Assembly (NCBI RefSeq): GCF_019464535.1
Contig: NZ_CP080507.1
Coordinates: 3,810,001 to 3,842,000, forward strand
Origin: Horticoccus luteus
GTDB taxonomy: Bacteria; Verrucomicrobiota; Verrucomicrobiia; Opitutales; Opitutaceae
Direction of reading: 5' to 3'
Length of the DNA: 32,000 bases
Shown here: positions 9,244 through 16,487 of the stretch, piece by piece
Layout of the letters: each line of letters opens with the position of its first letter
Position numbering within the stretch: the first letter of the stretch is position 1
Made by a program: the position numbers and the translations under genes
Notes under the pieces: generated by a model
The model's input: the letters and a program-made list of their open reading frames with translations, nothing else
Told to the model about the DNA's origin: nothing
Database searches by the model: none

Positions 9244-9351
9244 TCCGGGACCTTCGCTTTCTTCGTCACCTTCCGTAAGAGGGATTGAAATTCGAGTTCG
9301 ATGGCGGCCGGTGCAGCGTGGCGCGGTCGTGGCAAAAAAGAGGCCGCCCGG

Positions 9352-10368
9352 TCAGGGCGCGATGACCACTTTGATGTCGTTGCCCTTCGCGGCGAGCGCG
9401 CGGTGAAATCCCGTGACCCCGTCCTCGAGCGGGAAACGTTGCACCCAGCTCAGCGCGTCGACCTTGCCCGCCGCCATGAGATCGAGCGCTTGCTGCAGCT
9501 CCTCGATCTTCGCCGCGTAAGTGCCGAGCACCTGCCGCTCGGGCAACGTGATCGCGTAGGAATCGAGCGTCATCGCGTTTTCGTGCAGCCCGATCCAGAC
9601 CACGCCGCCGCCCGGCCGCAGCGCTTCGATCGACGCCTTCTTGGTGATGCCCGCGCCCACCGCATCGACCGCCAGATCCGCGCCCTCGCCGCCCGTCTCG
9701 GCCTGCATCACCTTCACAATGTCTTCCTCGCGCGGATTGATCGTGCGCGCCGCGCCGAGTTTCCTGGCAACCGCCAGACGCTCGGGACTGAGATCCGCCA
9801 CCAAGACGCGCGCCCCGCGGACAACCTGCAACGCCTGCTGGCAGAACAACCCGATCGGCCCTGCGCCAATCACGAGGGCCGTCGACACCGCGAGATGGCG
9901 CGTGAGATTCGCCACGTGCAGGCCGTTGGCCATCGGCTCCGCCAGCGCCGCCGCTTCCGCCGGCACATTGTCGGGCCACGGAATGAGACAGCGCGCCGGG
10001 ACGTTGACGTAGTCTGCAAACGCACCCGGCCGATGCATGCCGAAAATCTGCCGCTGCGCACACAGGTGCGTGTCGCCGCGCTCGCAACGCACGCAACGCC
10101 CGCACGGCACGAGGGAATTGCTCACGACGCGTGCGCCTTCCCGCCAGCCGCGCACGTCGGCGCCGGTCTCGGCAATCACGCCGCAAAACTCGTGGCCCAT
10201 CACAATCGGCGGGGCTCGCCGCGGGCTGTGATTCTTGAATGTTTCGAGTTCGCTCCCGCAGATTCCGCACGCCGCGACTTGCACGCGCACCTCGTCCGGC
10301 CGCAGTGGCGTGAGGTCCACATCGCGGATCTCCAGTTGGTCGAACGCCGGATAAAAGAGCGTGCGCAT
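9352..10368 (-). CDS. zinc-dependent medium-chain alcohol/polyol dehydrogenase (MDR family)
   Basis: An internal ATG (cat 10366-10368) gives MRTLFYPAFDQLEIRDVDLTPLRPDEVRVQVAACGICGSELE...GHEFCGVIAETG...CGRCVRCERGDTHLC... (catalytic and structural Zn motifs) and the Rossmann loop VIGAGPIGLF. The 66 upstream codons of ORF 9352..10566 look non-coding. Confidence 0.9.
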   Translation of the reverse strand: MRTLFYPAFDQLEIRDVDLTPLRPDEVRVQVAACGICGSELETFKNHSPRRAPPIVMGHEFCGVIAETGADVRGWREGARVVSNSLVPCGRCVRCERGDTHLCAQRQIFGMHRPGAFADYVNVPARCLIPWPDNVPAEAAALAEPMANGLHVANLTRHLAVSTALVIGAGPIGLFCQQALQVVRGARVLVADLSPERLAVARKLGAARTINPREEDIVKVMQAETGGEGADLAVDAVGAGITKKASIEALRPGGGVVWIGLHENAMTLDSYAITLPERQVLGTYAAKIEELQQALDLMAAGKVDALSWVQRFPLEDGVTGFHRALAAKGNDIKVVIAP

Positions 10369-10580
10369 GATAGGCGTTTTCGGTGCCGCGCCCCGCGTCT
10401 GAACGCAAGGGCAACCTTCATGAAATTTCGCGCCTCGCCCGTTTTTCGTCACGCGCATCCTCGACCTTCGCTCGCGACCGGGGCGAACCGTCCGCCCCGA
10501 AGCCGCGCACGCCATCGCGCGCCCTTCATTCCCCACCCCGAGCTTGAGTTTTCCTCGGCGGCGCATTCCGACTGTGGGCC

Positions 10581-12923
10581 ATGAGCCACGTATCCGCCTC
10601 TTTGTCCGCGCTTGGCGTGCGCGCGATCACCTTCCCCACCCGCTGCGACGTCGCCGAGCAAACCGCCGCCGACGAACTTGCGCGCCTCACGGATGCGCGC
10701 GTCGCCTCCGCCAATCGCCCCGGCAAGGGGTTCAACGTCGCTCTTGCCCACCGCGCCTGGGCGCCCGCCGCCGCGAAAGCGGCCGGCGATGCCGCGAGCT
10801 GGATCTGGCTGCGCGTCGACGATCACGGCGCCGGCGAAATCATCGCCACCGAGGGCTCCGGCCTCTTCGCCGCCGCGCGCCTCCTCGCCCACGGCCTCAC
10901 CGGCGCGACGCGCGAAAAACTCGCCGCCGGCCTCCTTCTGCCGCGCAGCTTCTCCATGAACCGCCCGATCTGGGATGGCTCGTTCGCGCAGTATTGGAAA
11001 TCCAACCGCGGGTTTTCCCCCGAGCAATACGCCGCGACGCTCGCCGAAGCCGGCTTCACCCACCTTGAGGTCAACAGTCTGCAGGCGAGTTTTCCCTACG
11101 AGGATTCCGTGCCCGGCGAATACTACTCGCAGTTCTACACCTACTGCCCCGGGTTCAACCACTTCATCGACACGCCGCTCACCCGCGGGTTCTGGCCCGC
11201 GCAATACCTCGATGCCAACCTCGAGCGCTTGCAAAACCTCGCCGCCCTCGCCCGCAAATACGGCCTCAAGCCCTCCGTCTGTCTTTACGAACCGCGCTCG
11301 CTCCCCGAACGATTCTTTCAACGTTATCCCACGCTCCGCGGCGCGCGCATCGATCATCCTTTCCGCTCCCGCCTGCCGCGTTACACGATGGCGCAGGATC
11401 ACCCCGTGGTGAAACATCACTTCCGCCTCGCCACGCAGGCGTTGATGAAGGCCGTGCCCGATCTCGACGCCATGTCGATCTGGACCAACGACAGCGGCGG
11501 CGGCTTCGAACACACCGCCTCGCTCTACATCGGCCGCAACGGCGGCCCCTACATGATTCGCGAATGGCGCAGCGCCGATAAGATTGCGGAAGCTTCCGGT
11601 AAAAGTATCGGCGCCTTCCTTCGCAACGTGCGCGGAGCCGCCGCCGAGGTGAACCCCGACTTCCAGCTCAGTCTTCGCATCGAACCGTTCAAGATGGAGC
11701 ACGACCATCTCAAGTCCGAGCTGGGCCGCGGCGTCCATTGGGAAGGCCCGTCCATGCTCGCGCGCGGTTATGCGCTGCCCTACAGCCATCCGCACTACGC
11801 CGACCAACAGGGCGTCGCCGGCGGCATGTTCCATTGCCAGATGGATCCGCGCGAAAAACCCGAGCTCGCGAAAGAACGCGCGCAGGGCATCGAACCCATT
11901 CTCACCTATTCCCCCGGCCCGGTGTGGAATCAGGAACCGCTCATCGGCATCCCCTGGCCGCGCATGATTCACGCGCGCCTCTCGCAGTTGAAAGAAATCG
12001 GCGCCGATCTCGTCAGCGCGATGGGCGGCCTCGCCAACACCACCGCCACTCCGTTCTGGCCCAATCCCGCCGCCATTCGCGCCGCGCAATTCACACCCGA
12101 ACGCAGCATCGACGACGTCCTTACCGACGAAGCCGTGCGCTTCGCCGGCACCACGCATGGCCCGGCGCTCGCCAAAGCCTGGGCGCTGTTCGAAGAAGCC
12201 GTCACGTGGCAGCCGATCGTGCCGCTGTTCTGCGGCTTCGGCTTCTGCTGGCAACGCACCTGGGACCGCCCGCTCGTGCCCGACATCGAAGCCATCCCCG
12301 CCGCCGATCGTTTCTATTACGAGCGCCACGGCTGCTTCCAGCACAACAACCCCGGGGTGAACGATCTCGGCAAAGACGTGCTCTTCAACCTCATCACCCG
12401 CGAATCCGCCGACAAGATGGTGCCGCGCTTCGACAAGAATCTGTTCCCGCGGATCGCCAAGACGGAAAAATTCATCGCCGGTGTCCTGGCCAAGTGCGGT
12501 GACGATGCCCAAGCCACCGCCGCCTTCGCCGATTTGCGCGACCGCATTCGCGCCTACCGGCATTGGGCCGTCACGCTGCGCAGCGTCGCCGCGTGGTGCT
12601 CCGGCGTCTACGGCTACCTCGAAAGCAAAACCGCCGCGCAAAAGAAAGCGCACGAGAAATTCCTCCAGGCCGCCATCGATCTCGAAATCGACAACGCGCG
12701 CGGTCTGCTCGACCACTTCGAGCATTCGCCCACCGAGTTCATGGTCGTGTCCGCCACCGGCGAAAACACGTTCATCTACGGCAAAAATTTCGGCGAACAC
12801 CTTCGCGCCAAAATCCGCCTGATGGAAAAATACCGGCACAAAAAGCCGCGCATCGACAAAGACATCCTCTGGCGCGCCCCCACCGGCCAGCCCTGGCCGG
12901 AAGGGTTTCCGTTTCAGAAGTGA
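10581..12923 (+). CDS. uncharacterised 780-aa cytoplasmic protein, paralog A (putative alpha/beta N-domain + TIM barrel + helical C-domain; possible carbohydrate-active enzyme)
   Basis: Long GC3-rich ORF with ATG at 10581 and no signal peptide. It is collinear with CDS 14061..16388, and I recognise no characterised family. Motifs include LAEAGFTHLEVN, CLYEPRS, YPTLRGARIDHPFRSRLPRY, NDSGGGFEHT, GRNGGPYMIREWR and LRIEPFK. Confidence 0.85.
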   Translation: MSHVSASLSALGVRAITFPTRCDVAEQTAADELARLTDARVASANRPGKGFNVALAHRAWAPAAAKAAGDAASWIWLRVDDHGAGEIIATEGSGLFAAARLLAHGLTGATREKLAAGLLLPRSFSMNRPIWDGSFAQYWKSNRGFSPEQYAATLAEAGFTHLEVNSLQASFPYEDSVPGEYYSQFYTYCPGFNHFIDTPLTRGFWPAQYLDANLERLQNLAALARKYGLKPSVCLYEPRSLPERFFQRYPTLRGARIDHPFRSRLPRYTMAQDHPVVKHHFRLATQALMKAVPDLDAMSIWTNDSGGGFEHTASLYIGRNGGPYMIREWRSADKIAEASGKSIGAFLRNVRGAAAEVNPDFQLSLRIEPFKMEHDHLKSELGRGVHWEGPSMLARGYALPYSHPHYADQQGVAGGMFHCQMDPREKPELAKERAQGIEPILTYSPGPVWNQEPLIGIPWPRMIHARLSQLKEIGADLVSAMGGLANTTATPFWPNPAAIRAAQFTPERSIDDVLTDEAVRFAGTTHGPALAKAWALFEEAVTWQPIVPLFCGFGFCWQRTWDRPLVPDIEAIPAADRFYYERHGCFQHNNPGVNDLGKDVLFNLITRESADKMVPRFDKNLFPRIAKTEKFIAGVLAKCGDDAQATAAFADLRDRIRAYRHWAVTLRSVAAWCSGVYGYLESKTAAQKKAHEKFLQAAIDLEIDNARGLLDHFEHSPTEFMVVSATGENTFIYGKNFGEHLRAKIRLMEKYRHKKPRIDKDILWRAPTGQPWPEGFPFQK

Positions 12924-12947
12924 TCCCGCCGGCCGCAGGCGCAGCCC

Positions 12948-13928
12948 ATGAATGCTCCCGGCCCTCAACCTCGGCAGCGCGCTGACACCGCGTGGTTCAA
13001 AGCATGCCGGTGGGGCTTGCTCGCGTGTTACCTGGCCGACACCGCGAGCAACCTCCAACCCATCGAGCTGTCCGTGGACGAGTGGAACCGCCGCATCGAT
13101 GCGTTCGATGTCGGCGCGCTCGCCGCTCAGCTCGCCACCGCACGCGTGCCGTATTTCATTCTCACGATCGGCCAGAACTCCGGCTATTATCTTTCGCCCA
13201 ACGCGACCTATGACCGCATCGTGGGCCGCGCGCCCAGCCGGCTCTCGCGCCGCGATCTGATCGCCGATCTCGCCGCCGCGCTTCAACCGCACGGCATCCG
13301 CCTTCTCGTCTATCTGCCCGCCACCGCTCCGCGCAACGACGAGCTCGCCAAAGCCCAATTGCAGGGCGACTCCGGCGAACACGGCCCCGACATGCGGCGC
13401 CACTGGGAGGAGATCTGCCGCGAGTGGTCGCTCCGCTGGGGCCGGGCCATCAGCGGCTGGTGGATCGACGGACCCTACGACGCGCCCGCCTATCAACACC
13501 CGGAGGCGCCCAACTACCGCAGCTACGCCGCAGCGCTGAAGGCCGGCAATCCCGACGCCATCGTCACCTTCAACAACGGCCTGCGCACGCCGATCTATTC
13601 GATGACCGAATACGAGGATTACACGCCCGGCGAAATCGAACGCGACATGACCGTCGCGCCCGGCATGCGCATGGACCCGCCGCGCCTCGATGCTTACCCC
13701 GAGTTCCTGAACGGCGCGCGTCTCCACGTGCTCACCCTCATGGGCGAATGGTGGGGCCAGGGCCCGGTGCGTTTCCCCGACGAAATGACCATCGGCTACA
13801 CCAAATTCATCAACGCTCGCGGTGGCGTCGTCACGTGGGATGCGCCGCTGCAAACCAATGGCACGCTTGACCCGGCGTTTCTTCCACAAATCACCGCCCT
13901 CGGTCGCACCATCTCCGGTTCCGCCTGA
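12948..13928 (+). CDS. glycoside-hydrolase-like TIM-barrel protein, distantly alpha-L-fucosidase (GH29)-like, cytoplasmic (326 aa)
   Basis: The block order resembles GH29: WFKACRWGLLACYL (compare WF..aKFGiFiHWG), VPYFILTIGQNSGYYLSPNATYD (compare aKYvVlTtKHHDGF.lw.S), RRDLIADLAAALQPHGIRLLVYL (compare DlV.el..A.Rk.GlkfG.Y), and ISGWWIDGPY (compare the WfDG nucleophile region). The canonical KHHDGF is not conserved and there is no signal peptide. The family call is tentative. Confidence 0.6.
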   Translation: MNAPGPQPRQRADTAWFKACRWGLLACYLADTASNLQPIELSVDEWNRRIDAFDVGALAAQLATARVPYFILTIGQNSGYYLSPNATYDRIVGRAPSRLSRRDLIADLAAALQPHGIRLLVYLPATAPRNDELAKAQLQGDSGEHGPDMRRHWEEICREWSLRWGRAISGWWIDGPYDAPAYQHPEAPNYRSYAAALKAGNPDAIVTFNNGLRTPIYSMTEYEDYTPGEIERDMTVAPGMRMDPPRLDAYPEFLNGARLHVLTLMGEWWGQGPVRFPDEMTIGYTKFINARGGVVTWDAPLQTNGTLDPAFLPQITALGRTISGSA

Positions 13929-14060
13929 TCGTCTCATCGGCGGTGGACGCGGCACAGCGTTGGTCCCACACGGGGAAGTGTGGTAGATAATCATCTTGTT
14001 CGGCGGTCAGCCTTGCATGTTGCGTCCGAGGCGCATTGGCCGGTGCCCGTCTCTTTCTCC

Positions 14061-16388
14061 ATGAGCCACCAATCTTCGCTCCTCGCCGCGCTCGACATGC
14101 GCACCATTTATTACCCGACCCGGTTTCAACCGGTCGAACAAACCGCCGCCGAGGAACTCGCCCGCCTGACCGGCGCCACCGCGCGCCGCTCCGTCCGCCC
14201 CGGCCAAGGCGTGAATCTCGCCCTCGCCTCCCGCGCGTGGGCCAAGTCCCTCCCCGCCGCTCAGGCCAACACCACCGGTTGGATGTGGCTCAAGCTCGCC
14301 GAGGATGGCACGGGCGAAATCATCGCCGACACCGGCGCGCTGCTTTACGCCGCCGTGCGTCTGCTCGCACACGGTCTCGGCGACGATGCCCGTGAGAAAC
14401 TTGCGCGCGGGCTCTTTTTGCCCGCCACGTTTCCGCACCATCGGCCGCATTGGGATAGTTGCCTCACGCAATACTGGCGCAGCGTGCGCAAATTCGACCG
14501 CGAAAAATATATAGCAACGCTCGCCGAAAGCGGCTTCACACACGTCGAGGTCAACGGACTGCAGGCGCACATGCCTTTCGAGGATACGGTCGTTTCAGAA
14601 TTCTATCCGCAGTTCTATACTTACTGCGCGGGCTTTAATCACTTCGTCGACACGCCGCTGACCGCCGGACTCTGGCCCACCCAATACCTCGAGGCCAATC
14701 TCCAGAACCTTCAGCAACTCGCCGCGCTGGGCCGCAAATACGGCCTCCAGCCCGGCCTGTGCATGTTCGAGCCGCGTTCGATGCCGGAACGACTCTTCCA
14801 GCGTTACCCGACCCTCCGCGGCGCCCGCGTCGATCATCCCTTCCGCTCCCGCCTGCCGCGCTACTGCCTGGCCCAGGATCACCCCGTCACCAAGCAGCAT
14901 TATCGCGCCGCCTTGCAGTCACTGATCAAGACCGTGCCCGATCTCAGCTACCTGAGCGTGTGGAGCAACGACAGCGGCGCCGGCTTCGAGCACACCGGCT
15001 CGCTCTACGTCGGCCGCAACGGCGGTCCTTATATGATCCGCGAATGGCGCAACCACGAGAAGATCGCCGAGGCCGCCGGCCAGAGCATCGTCCGCTACTT
15101 GCGCAACCTCCAACAGTCCGCCGCCGAGCTCAATCCCGACTTCGACATCTTCCTCCGCCTCGAACCTTTCAAGCTGGAACAGGATTATATCAAGGCCGGC
15201 ATGGGCAACCACATCGCTTGGGAAGCGCCCAGCCTGCTGGTCCGCGGCTACAGCCTGCCCTATACCCATCCGAAATATCCCACGATGAGCGGCGTGGCCG
15301 GCAGTCCGTTGCAGACGGAAATCGACGCCAGCGAACGCAAGGTGCTCGCCGAATCCCGGGCGCAAGGCGTTGAGCCCACCCTCCAATACGCCATCGGCAC
15401 CGCGGCCAGTTACGAGCCGCTCCTCGGCATTCCGTATCCGCGCTTGTTGCACAAAAAGCTCACCGCCATGCGCGAGCTCGGCCTCAAGCGCATCAGCGGC
15501 TACGGCGGCCTCAACAACCCCCAGCAGACGCCTTACTGGCCCAACCCCGCCGTCATCCGTGCCGCCCAGTTCATGCCGGACAAGTCCATCGACGACGTGC
15601 TGCTCGACGCCGCCCGCGAGTTCGTCGGCGCCAACCACGCCCCCGCGCTCGTGGCGTGTTGGGATGCCTTTGACGAGGCGTTGAGCTGGCAGCCGCCCGT
15701 CGCGCTTTTCACCGTCGCCTTCTCGTGGCAACGCACCTTCGACCGGCCCTACGTTCCCGACATCGAGGCGATTCCCGCCCAAGAACGCGCTTACTACGAA
15801 CGCTTCGGCTGCTTTCAATATAACAACCCGAGCCTGAACGATATTGGCAAAGACGTGCTCTTCGATCTCGTCACGCGCGAACAAGGTGGACAAGCGCTCG
15901 CCGGCTTCGATCAAAACGTCATTCCCCGCGTCGAAAAACTTCTCGCACGCCTCGCGCAGCTTGAAGCGCAAACCGCCGGCGAACCCAGCGTCCAGGCCGT
16001 GTTCAGCGACCTGCTCGATCGCACGCGCGCCTACCGGGCGCTCGTCGGTTCGCTCCGCATGGTGTGCGCGTGGTGCACCCATGTTTACGGCTATATCGAA
16101 AGCACCAAAGCAACCGACAAAAAGAAACACGAGCGGGCGCTCCAAACCGCCATCGACGACGAACTCGTCAACACCGCGAACCTCATCGCGCTCCTCGAAG
16201 CGAATCGCACGGAAGTCATGATTCTCTCCGCCATCGGCAACAATACGTTCTGTTACGGCGAAGACTTGCCCGATTTATTGCGCGAGAAAATCCGGCTCAT
16301 GAAAAAATACCGCCACCACCCGCCGCGCATCGACCAGAATATCCTCTGGCGCCCGCTCCCCGGGTCGCAGTGGCCGAAATTCGATTGA
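14061..16388 (+). CDS. uncharacterised 775-aa cytoplasmic protein, paralog B of CDS 10581..12923
   Basis: An internal ATG at 14061 gives MSHQSSLLAALDMRTIYYPTRFQPVEQTAAEELARL..., matching paralog A's MSHVSASLSALGVRAITFPTRCDVAEQTAADELARL.... The proteins are collinear to the C-terminus (...KIRLMKKYRHHPPRIDQNILWRP...). The 27 codons upstream in listed ORF 13980..16388 have no counterpart in paralog A. Confidence 0.85.
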   Translation: MSHQSSLLAALDMRTIYYPTRFQPVEQTAAEELARLTGATARRSVRPGQGVNLALASRAWAKSLPAAQANTTGWMWLKLAEDGTGEIIADTGALLYAAVRLLAHGLGDDAREKLARGLFLPATFPHHRPHWDSCLTQYWRSVRKFDREKYIATLAESGFTHVEVNGLQAHMPFEDTVVSEFYPQFYTYCAGFNHFVDTPLTAGLWPTQYLEANLQNLQQLAALGRKYGLQPGLCMFEPRSMPERLFQRYPTLRGARVDHPFRSRLPRYCLAQDHPVTKQHYRAALQSLIKTVPDLSYLSVWSNDSGAGFEHTGSLYVGRNGGPYMIREWRNHEKIAEAAGQSIVRYLRNLQQSAAELNPDFDIFLRLEPFKLEQDYIKAGMGNHIAWEAPSLLVRGYSLPYTHPKYPTMSGVAGSPLQTEIDASERKVLAESRAQGVEPTLQYAIGTAASYEPLLGIPYPRLLHKKLTAMRELGLKRISGYGGLNNPQQTPYWPNPAVIRAAQFMPDKSIDDVLLDAAREFVGANHAPALVACWDAFDEALSWQPPVALFTVAFSWQRTFDRPYVPDIEAIPAQERAYYERFGCFQYNNPSLNDIGKDVLFDLVTREQGGQALAGFDQNVIPRVEKLLARLAQLEAQTAGEPSVQAVFSDLLDRTRAYRALVGSLRMVCAWCTHVYGYIESTKATDKKKHERALQTAIDDELVNTANLIALLEANRTEVMILSAIGNNTFCYGEDLPDLLREKIRLMKKYRHHPPRIDQNILWRPLPGSQWPKFD

Positions 16389-16396
16389 GCCGCGAA

Positions 16397-16419
16397 GCGC
16401 GAATACCGCGCCGCTTTTT
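16397..16419 (+). terminator. weak intrinsic terminator candidate after paralog B
   Basis: gcgcg (16397-16401), loop aatac, cgcgc (16407-16411), then cgc and TTTTT (16415-19). It begins 9 nt after the TGA stop at 16386-88. The stem is only 5 bp. Confidence 0.35.
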
Positions 16420-16452
16420 CAAGCACACGCGCCCGCCCTTCAGCCGATCCCG

Positions 16453-16473
16453 CCGGCCGCCCTTCGCGGCCGG
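16453..16473. other. perfect 8-bp GC hairpin in the convergent intergenic region (paralog B / AraC)
   Basis: ccggccgc (16453-60), loop ccttc, gcggccgg (16466-73). No U-tract follows on either strand. It lies 15 nt beyond the AraC stop on the minus strand, so it could be a 3'-end stabiliser or terminator element. Confidence 0.3.
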
Positions 16474-16487
16474 ATCGATGCCATCGT

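Noticed and set aside
6212-10584. Plus-strand ORFs 6212..7174 (320 aa), 7396..8238 (280 aa), 8283..9146 (287 aa) and 9301..10584 (427 aa).
   Set aside because: They are shadow ORFs opposite the lactonase, 2-hydroxyacid dehydrogenase, SDR and Zn-ADH genes. They are extremely Arg/His/Pro-rich and contain no motifs.
10449-13994. A 1181-aa stop-free ORF on the minus strand spanning paralog A, the GH-like gene and both short gaps.
   Set aside because: It is antisense to three plus-strand genes that have coherent domain-like sequence and paralog support. Its translation is Gly/Ala/Arg/Glu/Asp-rich with no motifs, as expected when GC3-rich genes are read in the complementary frame. It is remarkable in length but a compositional artefact of a high-GC genome.
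10581-16388. Whether the duplicated ~2.3-kb genes represent a repeat or mobile element, or recent gene conversion.
   Set aside because: Nucleotide identity is only moderate even in the best-conserved stretch (about 83% over ~87 nt at 11321-11407 versus 14801-14887 by my count). There are no flanking inverted or direct repeats and no transposase or integrase. This is an old in-operon duplication, not a mobile repeat.
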